Shown one piece after another: positions 47,759 through 61,007 of a stretch of 64,000 nucleotides of DNA (the first letter of the stretch is position 1; each line of letters opens with the position of its first letter). A model generated the notes under the pieces. That model was not told the DNA's origin, did no database searches, and was given only the letters and a program-made list of their open reading frames with translations. A program made the position numbers and the translations under genes. This stretch comes from Tubulanus polymorphus. Taxonomy: Eukaryota; Animalia; Nemertea. Location: positions 19,289,653 through 19,353,652 of the forward strand of contig NC_134028.1 of assembly GCF_964204645.1 (NCBI RefSeq). Direction: 5' to 3'.

Positions 47759-47985
47759 GATGTTGTCTCTGCGGTGTATGTTCAACTAGTGTCATGTCAA
47801 CATAGGGGCGCTGCTATCTGCGTTTTGAAAAATCAAAGAGCAGACAATGCTTTGTTCCGTGCAAAAGTGCTCTAAAATTCACTTTCGACCCACAAAACAA
47901 TGATAATTCAACAATATTCCTACGTTGTGATATATTAAGAATATAAAAACGCGAAGTTGCTCTGAGCATGCTAGTTACACTTTAA

Positions 47986-49320
47986 CACTAAAAACATTGT
48001 GATAGTGTAATATTCTTTATATTATGATAGGTTTATGTTTTTTAGGACTACCTGAAAGAATAATAAGCGACTTTCCCAAAATTATCAGAGACAATCATCA
48101 GGTGACTTGTGATTGTGCTTGCAGAACCAGTCAATTTACCAACTGTAAGTGTTGATTTTTGTTTCTTGCTAATATTTTTCTCCTTAAATTTTCAGTGGAA
48201 TCTCTTACCGTTCTTTTCCTTTTAAGCATTACGTTAGATTTAACATACGTTAGGTAGACAGCCAACAGCCCGAGCCAAGCACTCACAATGGCCTAATACA
48301 ATTGTAAAAAAATATATGATTCATACCTTCGAAGTCCCTATGAAGAAGGATCAGTCAACAATTGCAGCCTCTAGAGTGATAATGTCATTTTTCATGTCAG
48401 CCTCCTTGCGGCAATGATTTTAATCAAATCTTCCCAATACTATTAAATAGGGTTCTGCTCAAAGTGATGCCTTTGTGTAAGTTTGATATAATTTCCTCGT
48501 GCAGCTGAAGAACATGGAAAGCATGTTATACTTGGTGCAAATCAGATAATGGTAGTTAGAGACCATGACTTCTCCAAATGCACTCTAACAACATCAGCCA
48601 ATTTATTGGTAAGTTTTCTGACTAAAGTTTGTTTCATATTCTTAAACAAGATGGTCAATTAATAGACAAGGTCATCCAGGGTTGTGGAATTCGAATCTTT
48701 GTTGCACAGCGGTGAAATTCAGCCTGGGTCGCAGCTGCATTTTTTTTTCTTTGTAGCCTGATAGAAATAGTCCCAGAGAGTCGTGTGAAAAAACCGAATG
48801 ACGTAGCTGTAAGTATTAAGCATCTTCAATTTTCTCAAGTTTACAACTTGTTTTAGGATTTTCACAGAAAAGGAAGAGATCGCCATCACCCTCTTCGTCT
48901 GATGCAGACGAATATGTCAACAAGCTGAGTTGGGCGGAATCAGGTCTCCAGGTTAGCCACCTGCAGCGGATAAATTCTGAGAAGGAATATTTGATTAAAA
49001 AAATTATGAGGTTGAACTTACAACTTCAACATCAAATAGGCCTTCCGTATTTCTCTCTTTCTCTTAACTTACGTAATCACACTAGAAGCATTGTGATATT
49101 ATAGTATTTTTTATTGTATGATAGGTTTATGTTTTATAGGAAAAAATAATAAGGGAATTGCCAAAAATTGTGTGAGACAATCTTCAGGTGACTTGCGATT
49201 GTGCTTGCAGCACCAGTCAATTCAACTGTTAGTGTTAATTTTCGTTTCTTGTTAATCATTATATTTTCTAAAAATTTTTTTAGTGGAATCGCTCACTCTA
49301 TTCTTCCTTTTTAGCAATCC
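47986..49320 (+). repeat. Diverged copies of the repeat units flanking the Kolobok
   Basis: 47986-48230 resembles 34047-34146 and 49078-49315; 48639-49030 resembles 32916-33390. Confidence 0.8.
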
Positions 49321-50296
49321 AAGTTTCAGAACCGAAAAAGGATGATTTGCTCTTGGTGAGTCACTTGCTATATAAGAATCCTACACAAATTCAAGCAGTT
49401 AATACAGTACAACTCACTCAGATTTTTCAATGCGGATTTTCACTAAATTCAGATGAAATATTTGGTCTATTTTACCTGGAACCTTTTGAATTATTAAGCA
49501 TGATTCCGTTTTACATATCCAGCATTTTACTGAGTCTCTGGTATCCGAATTAAGTGAGTTCTACTGTGTCGGTAATGGCAATGTCCTTTTTTCTTAAGTT
49601 TTCTCATCAAGCATTATTTAATAGCAACAATTAAATTTGTGACAACATTTCTCTTTTTATGCAAGAGGACCATAGCATCACAATGCAACCTACAATGGTA
49701 ATTTCATCTTAATTCTTTCTGAAAAAGTTGCGCATTGAATGACACTTGTAGTGTGACTAGTTTGCATCACTGTTTTAGCTTCGATATCAGAAATTTCTAC
49801 ATGACCATCTCACATTTGTCCACAGACCTTCTTACATGTTTGAATTTGTTTTTGTTTGTATATGGTTACCAGGGGGCATTTAATAACGGAATAACGTATA
49901 GTATTTCCATAATATAGTGCAGGGTTTGTCGCGGTGCTTGAAACGCTTGAAATGGCTTGAATTTGAAAAATGCTATTCAAGCGCTTGAAAACAGCTTGAT
50001 AATAGATTGAAAGCTTGAAATAATTTTTTTTGCTTGAAATAAAAAAGTATGGCTTGAAATGCTTGATTATAACAAATTTTCTCTTTCGGGAATTTTTTTT
50101 GATGTAATCGCCTATAAAATACGTTTTCGAGTCGTTTCCACGCATGCATCATGTCTTTAGCGTCAATAAAAACCTAATTGAATTGTATTGAATCGCGCAA
50201 CTCTTTAGTGAAGTTCACCGCGGCTTGTGGTGTAACTCTACGGTGTCTCGAGACAACAGAATTCCTCGACCGCCAGCTCGTCTGGTCTTAGTAAAC

Positions 50297-51652
50297 ATGG
50301 GGAAATTTCAGTCGAGTTGGTTGTGCCACGCTGAATTTAGAGACTGGGTGCAGCCGACCGACAACCCGTACGTAGCATGGTGCAAAATATGCATGTCGAG
50401 CATCGATGTGAGAGAAATGGGCGCTTCGGCATTGAAATCACACACGAAGCGTAAGAGCCACATTGAAAGCATCGGAGCCTCGACAAAGTCATTAGACATT
50501 ACAAATTTCTTCACTACTACAACGAAAGACCACAATAGAAACATGTACGTGAGATTTTATGGCTACCGTTACAAAAATATACGCGCGTGTGTAGCGAAGG
50601 CCTATTTTTGAATCAATTGATTGACGTATACTTGGAACATAGCCAATCCATATCGTTCTTAACATTTAGCTTGCAAATTAAATTTGGTCTGTAATGTGAA
50701 ACAAATACATTATTGGAAAGACTGTTCAATAAGGTCAGTCGGTCCGTATGTAGTCAAAAATAAAATTTATTTCAATGATTCCCATAAAAAATTTAATTGA
50801 TGCTATTCAATCAGAGACAGTGCATCCAAATTATTGTTGCCTAAGACACTTATTGAATAATCACCAATCTTACAACACAATTTTTTAAATATTTTCAGTG
50901 TTCCGTCCACGAGTGCAAACCCAAGTTCAGCATCATCACTAGAAAGATTCGTCACCAAGGAGACCGTTATGAGGGCAGAAATTTTATGGGCACTCAAAAC
51001 TGTGAACAGTCACCAATCATTTAAATCGTGTGAAGATGTTAGAGAGATTTTCAAGCTGATGTTTACAGACTCAGAAATAGTTTAAAAATTTACGTTTAGT
51101 GAGCATAAATGTAAATACTTGGCAGTATTTGGGATCTATCCATATTTGAGAGATAAGTTCACCGCCAAGGTTGGCAATGAACAGTATGTTCTGTTGTTCG
51201 ATGAGTCACTCAATCAGAAGATTCAGAAAAAACAACTCGATCTGCATTTACGTTTTTGGGACCACAATCGCGTAGTGTCACATAACTATAATTCGGCATT
51301 TATCAGACATGCCAGAGCAACGTATATGTTAAACCATTTTCAGTCAGAATTCAATTTGGATTATTCAAAGGCATTTCAGATCTCGATGGACGGACCTAAT
51401 TGGTTGTTCTACGAGAAGTTTGCCAAGTACATCAGTGAGGAGTATAATACTTCCACCTCAATGTTAAACATTGGCAGCTGTGGACTACATATTATCCATA
51501 TCGCGTTTAAAGCTGGATCTTCTGCTTCGGAATGGGACATTGAGTCACTTCTCACCAGTTTTTATCATCTGTTCAAAGACTCACCAGCTAGACGTGATGA
51601 TTTTGAGAGTCACTGGTTCAAGCAGATTTCCACAAAAATTCTGTAGGCACAG
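50297..51652 (+). pseudogene. hAT-like transposase, N-terminal two thirds
   Basis: BED-like finger (AWCKIC...MGASALKSH....H); LLFDESLN...KQLDLHLRFW; QISMDGPN; IGSCGLH; FKDSPARRDDF; stops and frameshifts. Confidence 0.8.
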
Positions 51653-52055
51653 GTTCGTAGATTTATACTGTTTAGATTAATCATTCATAAGATAACTTCT
51701 GATGCTAACTTCTGTGCTAACATTCAATTTGTAGATATGTTACGAGTTACAATTCTCATACCTGGTAATTGTGCAATTTCATTTTTAAGATGTACTGTTT
51801 AAGATGTAGTGTTTTCCACTTGAATCTAGTGGGCGTGGTGCCGCTGTACCCCTAGTTATTAAAGTTAGCTGAAATTGTTAGTTTGTGAAGTATTTGTTAT
51901 TTTGAAGTTATTTGTTATCGTTTAATCTAACCGGGTCGAAATGTGATTTTAATCAGTATTAAACCTATCTGAGCAAAAGTTCGGGTTCTTAGAATATGAT
52001 GTGATGTACTTTAACTGGGGTACTCCTACCTGGTTGAAATGAAAAAAAAATAAAA

Positions 52056-54215
52056 CAAGAGCCCCAAGGGGCACAATGGCCAGCCTGTCAGATTTGCTTT
52101 TTATAAATGATGTAATCTGTGGGTTATATTTATCAATATACGCTCCCTGCTCAATATCATTTACATAGTAAAATCGTGTGTTAACACAGACAGCAGGAAC
52201 AAATGTAATATAGAAATACTAAGTTATTGTATTGTTCAACGCCCCCTGGTGGCCATAAAAAACCAATGAGCTTGAAACTCACCTCGATCATAGAACATGT
52301 CATGAGCTACAACTTTCCAATTGATTATAGTATCAAAATATGCTTAAGTATCAATTATGATGTGGAAAAACTTTTTTTCCACCTACGAATGAGTACTGAT
52401 GACCCCAAGATGGCTGCCAAGTGCGTCATAATTGCCTGGTCAAAAATACCCTCTCGGATATAAAAGATCCCTTTCCAAAGAATACCCATTACAAATTGCA
52501 ATGAAACATGGCGCACCATTAGAAAGCTACAGTACTCAGAATTCAGGCCAAAATTGACATTTTTGGGAACAAAAAAGGTCACAGTACGGCCATCTTGAGT
52601 CCGATCGACTCAATTTTTCTCATGCCGATGGGCCCTCGGGGGATACAAATATATACGAATGATCAAGGTTATTGATAAAAGTGTCTTCAAAATTTCCCTC
52701 GAAAACTTCAAAAATGTGTAAAAAGTGCTGATTTTGGCGAACAACAATGGCTGCCAGTCGGCCATCTTGAATCTGACAGGGCCAGTTTTCTGCCTGAAGA
52801 TGTGTCTAGGGTAGATACACGTATAAAACAAATATCAAGACATTACCTTGAAGCGTCTTCAAAACTTTGGAACTCTCACGAACTATCTAGATGGTTATCT
52901 CTCGACCTCAATAGCTTCAAGACCCATCTCAAAACAACTTAGTTCCATGCAGCATACCATTAACTCTCGGAAAGCGAATTGTATTTAACATTTTTTGGCA
53001 GAATAAAATTTGATTGAATTTGCAATTCGGGCACATGGCTAATTAGCATATCAAGGTCATACACCCGATTTGGTAAAACCTTTTTTTCGCGAACCTTGCG
53101 CAATTGTCAAGGATGAATTTTCTGTAGAGCAAATAAAAATTCCTAAAAATAAGTAAAACAGTAGACGATACCGCGGATTCACGTGAACACCTGATTTCTG
53201 TAAACGAAATGTTGGTTGTGACAAAATTGTTCAGACGGTTTTAGGTGGTAATAAGTACGGAAACGTAACGACCATGGTCGACTTATTCGATGAAATCAGG
53301 CCTATGTGATATCCAAATTTTGACTTTTTTATTCTCCAGACCTCCCCGATATAGAAATAAAAAATTTTGGTGGTACGAAAGTGCAATCACAGCGCCGACG
53401 GGGACAGAGCCGTGTCAGAGATCGGCGGAGTGAAAATTGAGGTGGACGAACACGAAGAAGTAGGCTATTGCGCTACTTGAATCACGAAAACTCCTGGGGC
53501 GGCCCTGACGCTTTTCGTTGATTAAGTAATACAAATATCATGCAATGGGTTTTCACAATCTACCGCTGGTATTTACCGGATTTCAATATCACTCCAAAAT
53601 TCAAAGAAACCTCGAAATATCGAACCGGAACACTTCCGGTAGATATCCGCGGCTGCCCAACCGGGAAACTTATTTGTTTCAATAGATATTGATAGGATCC
53701 ATCATCTTCACCCGTCAAGGGATTCGAAGCTAAAGCTAAAGCCATGCCAGAATCGGGTCGGGCCAATCACAGCGCTTGTAACAAACCACATTAGGCTTCT
53801 GTGGAATTTCCCAGTAAATGGGCCAATCAGCGAACACGTAGCGAACGCGGAAGTATTGTCGCTTGTTGATACATGACGTCATGCGCAAAAGCGCCAGTAA
53901 TGAAATCGCGATAATTCACGTGAACAGCTGCTGATATTTTCAGATAAACCAATCACAGGGAAGACACAACTTCCTGATTGGCTGATAAAAATTGAAATTT
54001 TCCCGATTTAACTTTCGTGAAAAATGCAGAAAACATTTTTATGAGACCCTATTTCAAAATTCTGCTCGCTACGATTCCGAGAATGGATTACGCTTAAATA
54101 CGTGATTTGTTCGAATATGCCCTCACTTGGCAAGCAAAAGAGCCTTTTGTGTGGAAACCATGTCATTTAAATTCGCTCCATTTGTATAGTAATAGGCTCA
54201 GCCTACGGCTGGCCT
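52056..54215 (-). mobile_element. HINE family A copy 3, most complete
   Basis: Both structured termini as in copy 1, inserted in an A-run with no TSD. Confidence 0.85.
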
Positions 54216-56744
54216 AAAAATGAATATGTTATGATTAGAAAGTGATTGATTTTTTGCTTTTGTTTTAGTTTTTTAAGTCATACAACAGTCTACATAAGCA
54301 ACTACAGTGGAACGTCGTTAATATGAATGTTGTGGAAAAATGTGAAATTGTGGGTTTCGTATTATCCAAATCATGATTGTTACACATATCTTAGCTGGGA
54401 CATGCTGGAAATCATCGTAATAAATGAGTTTTGTCTTCGTCAAACAGAATCGTATTAACAAGGTTCCACTGTAAAATTGCTTCCAACATGCCTGGAAAAA
54501 CAGCTTGAAAATGATATAAATCTTGCTTGAAATGGCTTGAATTTCACCTGAGCTTGAGACAATGAACCTGTATTGGTACCTAGGCACATCACAATCCATT
54601 TGAAAATTGTAGCCCATGACATGCTATATGATTGTGGTGAGTTTCAAATTCGTTGGTTTCAGGACATATGTTCACCAGGAGCATTGAATGTATATTGTCA
54701 GATTTTTTTAGCATTTCACACCACTTCCCAAGAAGGTTTGGTATCCCTGGGCCCCTAGTTCAAATTACTGATTCAGTAAGGTGCCAATCTTATGTATTCT
54801 TCAATTCCAGCCAGGAGCAAATGGATCATCCAACGGCGTGAGTTGATATATTGGTTGTTAATGTTCTGCCATTTCAAGTTTTATCGCAATTCATATTTTA
54901 TTAAGAATTTTCTTTTTCTTTTAGGAAGTTTACTCACTCATAGAGGGTGAGACTAAAACTGCGATAGAACGGTTAACGGCACATGGGGAATATGGTCGCC
55001 TCACATGTCAGTTAATGGAGGCATTGTTTACTCTGGAAGAGATGACAGACAAAAGCTCAACTGGATTTGGAGCCGATAAGGTCTTTCACCCAGATCAGCT
55101 CCTCGATCCTAAATTATCGACCCTCATCATGAGTAATTTTCCCTCTAAAGGGTTTTCTTTCATAACATTAAGCCCGCATGAAGAAAGCAGTTAGTGTAAC
55201 AAAAATGTAATCGGTCACTAGGTGGCTGCAATGTTTATTATGCGCCCTCTACCACCCATCATCACACGACGTATTGGATAGCTAGGACAACATGGCTGTC
55301 CTCTTGTCGCCTTCTTTGTGCCGGGTCATTTTGATCAGAATCCTTAAGCCTGGAGCTTTTGAGGGTCACACACTTTGTACAATGTAACGTGTGCCATTTC
55401 TGATTTTGCACTGTTTTGGCTGCAGGCAATTTATTGATTGGAATTTTGTGTAGTAATTAATATGTTTTATTATTTTGTCTCGTTCCAGATCATGTTCTAA
55501 AGCATAAATCAGGGGTGACTGCAGCTCAGATCCGAAAAAAATTGGGCAAAAACTGAAGCAATACAAATCAAAGTAGTGTAAATAAATTGCCCATGGGCAA
55601 AGTGTGGTTTACCTTGAAAGCTAGAGGTTGTTTGCAATAAGGGCAATGCTTGAAAAATCTTTTTAATACGAGACCTCAAAGTTCCACAAGTTTATATTGT
55701 ATTTTATCTTTCTTAAAGAATTATTTTGTATTCAAATGAGACCAAAGATATACATTTGTTTACGGTCCACGTCCAAAATTTTGTAGGGTACAGGTAGGCG
55801 CGGCAGGGAAACTATTTTTTAACTATTCTAGTTTCACAAAATGAGAAAATATTCAAATAAGGTCATCCCGAAATAATCGTCTGTTCGCTGCAACACCGAC
55901 TCAACTTCACAGGATGAGTCGGTAGGTAGGTAGATATTTTTTTGCACAATTTTTGGGCAAAAAAAACACATTTTTCACCTTTGGGCTTTTTTACATGGAA
56001 ACAATATCGCAAAAAAATCATCTACGTTGTGCACTGGAAATTTGTCTAATAGCGTAGATTTCAAGAATTATTCTAAAATTATAACCTCGTCCATTCCTGG
56101 CTTCATCTCGGTGTTAAGAATGAAACAGTACATTGAATATGTGCGCGCTTTTACGTTACCAGCTTTAATAGAATGAATGGCAGCTTATTGGAACACTGCC
56201 AGTTTCCTGGAAAACTTAAACTAGGCCACATGTCAAGGCATGTTTTCACACGATGCACACTTGAAGTCAAACATATACGTAGCTCATAGTCGGCAGTTGG
56301 TCGGTCGGCTGTTTTTATTAAAAATCAAATTTATTTCAATGAATCCCAGAAAAAAGTTTTCACTCGGTACCTTTGAAGTCGGGTTGGTCAGGTTATACTG
56401 AAATCTACCTCGACAGACCTTATACTTTGTTGCTTAGTATTTTCAGGTCACAAGAAATTACAATTTATTACAAATTCTATCGAACAGAAAACACAGCGCT
56501 CATCTTCTGCTACGATTATTCAGTCTATTTTCATGTCAAACGTGCACAGGTTACAGCATCACCCTTAGTGTGTGTGTGGTGTAGCACTCCGCGCGCATGT
56601 GGAGGCTTCGTGTAAGTGAATATTCACTTACACTTCAATGTCAATCAAAACAATCACAAGGTATTAAAATGAAACAATACCTATGACGGATGAGTGAAAT
56701 AATTACATCCTCACCAGCCTCCCTCATGGGGTTAAATTAGAAAG

Positions 56745-57150
56745 TGGGGTAGTCTCCCATTCTTTGGTTACCGGACACAATTTTGATTTTTCTGGAGCCA
56801 ATATTATCTTTCCCAACAGTAGTCGCACTAAACGACATATAGTTGAATCTGCTTTGATTACTACTCATTCCGATCGTTCTTTCAACCTCAATAATGGTTT
56901 CAGCCCCCATAATATACTTCTTTCAAGTTATGTCAGTGCTCTAGTCCCCATAACGTAATGTGCAGCGATTCGTGTCCTATTTCATATTTCATGTATTAAT
57001 ACTGTATTTGGCAAGTCATTTTAGACTGAAGAAGGGTGGTAGTAACCACCCGAAATATTTCTTATATGTTTTAATAAATATTTTATCATCTAATTCTTTT
57101 ATTGTGGGATTTTACTCGTATCGTTTTATCACGGATATTGTGATCTACCA
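56745..57150 (+). mobile_element. 3' end of a Penelope-like retroelement (GIY-YIG endonuclease tail plus pseudo-LTR)
   Basis: GVVSHSLVTGHNFDFSGANII.....KRHIVESALI......FNLNNG, followed by a hammerhead motif and AATAAA. Confidence 0.8.
57023..57062 (+). ncRNA. Minimal hammerhead ribozyme motif
   Basis: AGA-CTGAAGA-A-GGGTGGT-AGTA-ACCACCC-GAAAT-ATT-TCT; 7-bp stem II. Confidence 0.75.
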
Positions 57151-57182
57151 TTGATTCTTTTTGCTATTATTTTTTCTGTAGT

Positions 57183-58195
57183 AGAAGCTTATAGGAGGCC
57201 TAAAGGTCAATTCCAATGATATAGTTTTATATGACATGATAACTGACATAGTCAGGGACTTTCTCTCCTGTTTTGTTAAACAAGAGATTCTCTGTAAAGC
57301 AGCATCTGGTCAGAAACTGGTTCGTCTGGATGACTCCCTAGGTCATGAAGCCAAAATGCCTGACAGAGAGATGTTTATTGGCAGTAAAGCTGAGGGACTG
57401 TTAGAAGGACTTAGGAAAGACGACTCCCTCCTCGTTAAGTTTTTGAACATGATTTCTACAGAGTATGTTGATTGTGGAAAATAACCTCATTATGAAAATG
57501 CCTCTTGAGAATATGGCCCTCTTGTATTTTTCTAGTGAAGACCCTGCTTGTCGTGGCTGTACTAATGCGCTTAAATACATGCTTCAAATCCCAAAGAAAG
57601 TATTGACAACTATTCTTCAGCCAGAAGAAATTGAATGTTATGAAAAAGAGGTGAGAAAATTCCACTCAGATCTGGCTGTTTCTAAGATACCGTATGATCC
57701 AAAATGCGATGGGGTGGACACATGGTGGTGTAATGTGTATAAGACAGGGGCATATCCGAATCTTTTTAAAATTGTTGCAGCGGTGCTATCGTGTTTCCAT
57801 GGACTCAAAGTTGAAGGTTCATTTAATGTAATGTCAGACGTGATTGACAAGAGATCCGGACAGATGCATATAGAGACTTACAGTGCTGTACAATCTGTTA
57901 AGTACAAATTGCGAGCCAGTGGAAAAACTTCTGTTCAGTATTTCAGAAGAACAGATGTTTTGAATGACCCAATGGATTCAAAACTCTGCAATAACATGAG
58001 ATCTGCATTTAAAGAATATTGTAGTGTTTTGATAAACGCAAAGAGGACAAAGAAAGGCAGAAAGAAAAACTGAAACTGAAAGAATCCGAGAGATTGACCA
58101 AAAAAAAGACGGAAAGAACTTTCGTTAAAATCCGTCAAAAAGGCATGCCTTGTTTTTCTTGAGAAATCAAGAAAAAGAAAATCCTCTAAGAAATA
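57183..58195 (+). pseudogene. hAT transposase C-terminal region including the dimerisation domain
   Basis: VDTWW..V....YPNL.KIV.AVLSCFHG..VEGSFNVM..VID..S; frameshifts. Confidence 0.78.
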
Positions 58196-60349
58196 ATTAC
58201 GTCGTATTGATGTATAAATAATCTATATATTTCTTTATTTTGTAAAAAATCAGAAAACTCATTTACACTCATCGGGTATCTTTCCACCGTTATGAACCCG
58301 ACGGCGTTGCCCAACCTGTAACGGCACCGCAGGCCCAATGACCCCTAAACTCACCACCAGATGCTGCTCCTGCTTTTACATCTGGCACTACCACAATGGC
58401 TCACCAACAGGGCTCGCTATAACGAATGTGCGAAGAGGCCCATAGAATAATGCACCAACACAAACACAAGGTGTCTCTACTTAGAATCGGCTTAGTGGCC
58501 AGCAAAAATACCGCGGCACTACCGAATCCACCTACCATTAAGAATAATGGAAGCAGAGAAAATGCCAGATTTTTCGAAAGATTGGCATAAGCGCCTCCAA
58601 CAGACCAGCCACGACTCGATGCGCATATCCATAAAGTATCACGAGTTAAAGGCCGAGACGAACAAGAAAAAAACCGAAGCCATCGGCTCTGAAATTCTCG
58701 AACTACCCAGCACGTCTACTCAGCAATTGCAACAAGTGGACAAGAAAGCCAAAATGCTGAAACAGCACGTACCGCACGCAGCCCACGAGACTGATAAGCC
58801 GAAGAATGAACGTCTGTTAAGCAGGGGCTGCCACAACTCAGGCCGCAAACCATCAAACTAGAGAACGCACCGTGAATAAACTCGTACATACTTTAAACAT
58901 ATAAGGAAAACCTGATCAACAGTCCTTTCTTAAAACTAACCAAAAAGTGCCAGGAAGACTCAGTCACCTTCAGTCACAAAAACCCAACGTTGTGATAATA
59001 ATGTCCTACATTCCCCAGTGTTCACCACCCGGTTACATCAAATGTTGCAGACAATAAACACCGTTGCTCATTATCTTCACACGTGCGCACTCTTTCATTA
59101 GAGTACTAAAGTCTATCCCAGTAGTTATGACCGCGGTGGATCAATGAGATGTTACACTAACATATCTGGATCCCTGTGGTTTCTAACACTCAGCCTTGAG
59201 GTCAAGAGACTACTGCATTCAAGAATAATATACCATCAACTGACCATTCATTAAAGGATATAGCAAACCAATAATTTTTACTAAATCCTTTCTTGAATTT
59301 TTAGTTTCATTTTGGGAATAATCATGCCGTGTGGCAAATTCAATCTTATAGATTTTGTACACCTATAAACTCTTCAGAGTGTGTGGATAATATTATTTTA
59401 AGTCATCTGGAATAATCTCATGAGTCGAGCGCTGTTGTTTTGCTTAAAAACACCGGCTAAATATAATCTTTCAACTTGGAAATTGGTTTTGACACTTCAT
59501 AATGCAAACACTGACTTCAGCTTCCAGCGAAAATATTCACTCTTGAATGAAACAAGAATTCAAAACTGAATTTTCATTGCTTATTACTTCATTTTCTTGG
59601 GTTAAGTCTGGAAAAGATTTGCTCTTTATTCACTCTTGCCTGCAATCATAGTAACAAGCAGCTGGGGTCCAGCGAAGCAGTGATGCTCACTGAGAGTTTG
59701 ACCGCTTAAAGCTGTCAGTATCAATTATATTGTTGTTGATGCTGGCTCTTTGAGAGTGAAATGCCGCGGTTATAACCACTGGTATAGGCTTTAGCACACT
59801 CCATAGTTAGAGTACAACAGTGCAGGGGCGTTGGAAGCAATTTTTGATTGCCACGGCCAAATGCCGATTTTTGACAGGTTCTAAATATTGCTGCGGCCAA
59901 TTTACTTAATTTCTTCAAAAATGTGGTATTAACAGAAAAAAAGAAATGTCATTCAGTCAATTATTGCCACGGCATTCGCCACTGCAGTCGCTGTACTTCC
60001 AATGCCACTGCAGTGTTCACTCTCTTTCTCGTCACGGGACACCATTTTTAGAGTTTTTAAGGTTTTCACTTAAGGACTTTTGTAACAAAAGAGATGGATA
60101 AATATACACAACCCTCCACATCTATACACAACATATTTTCATTTATCTTGGACACATCCGTTCAATATCCTCGAACCAGACTGCACTCAACTAACGTTCT
60201 TAAGCCTTGGTCAGTTCACATATTCTACGGGGGTAATTCGATCACCGAGATCAAGGTCCCGCTTGCGACCTTATCTCAGTCACAAAACATTATCAATTTC
60301 TATATAAACCTCTAACCTCTAGGAATATAAATCTCTAATTGATAATGAG

Positions 60350-60980
60350 ACATGGGAGGACTGCCGCGCTGCCGAAAAACTGTCAGTTGCAAGTGGGTTT
60401 TTAAGGCTAAGATTGGCGAGGATAGAAACTTTGATAGACATAAAGCCAAGCTAGTTGCTAGATTGATATGTAGTTACGGTGTTTTTAAACCAAATGAATG
60501 AAGACTATATATATGGATCAACCCGAGGGATATATTCAAACCGGAAATGAGAAACTTGTGTGTAAACTATTGCTACACGACCAGATATAATTCAAGTTGT
60601 GAGATTAATTTCTTAAAACTGCAGTGAGCCGTCAGAATCTCATCTGACTGCGGCTAAACGAGTGTTGCGTTATCTGAACGGCACAATGGACTTAGCGCTT
60701 GTGTACAAAGTGATGACATCGCTTTAAGAGGATACTCGGATGCTAACTGGGACAGTGACCTGGATGATGTCATTTACTGGAAATGCATTTACGTTAGCCA
60801 GCAGGGCAATAGTTGATGAAGCTAGTGTCTATCAACTTTTGCATTGTCTACAACAGAAAGTGAGTATATGAGTTAAAGCAGTGCAATGCAAGAAAGAAAC
60901 TATTTGGTACCAAAGATTATCATGTGATCTTGGGGCGAAATAAGAGTCACCTACTGCAATAGCGGAGGATAACCATCTTC
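60350..60980 (+). pseudogene. Ty1/Copia RT-RNase H relic
   Basis: CKWVFK.K...KAKLVAR; IYMDQPEGY; AAKRVLRYLNGT; GYSDANW; ALSTTESEY. Confidence 0.85.
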
Positions 60981-61007
60981 TTTCATAAAGCTATCGCGCC
61001 ATACTTT

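Larger units (their letters stand above)
34171..47981 (+). mobile_element. Kolobok-like DNA transposon, 13.8 kb including nested insertions
   Basis: TTAA at 34167-34170 and 47982-47985; TIR AGGGTAACTAGCAT / ATGCTAGTTACACT (13/14). Joining the flanks recreates the neighbouring ~110-bp repeat at 34033-34146. Convergent THAP-transposase and KolX-like genes. Confidence 0.88.
49920..54570 (+). mobile_element. hAT-like element (possibly hAT5-type), interrupted by a HINE
   Basis: Ends CAGGGTT / AACCTG with GCTTGAA subterminal arrays at both ends; flanks TAGTG and TATTG (4/5). Confidence 0.65.

Noticed and set aside
58330-58900. Possible Penelope N-terminal ORF relic (also 32091-32230)
   Set aside because: Only a vague resemblance, insufficient to call without a search.
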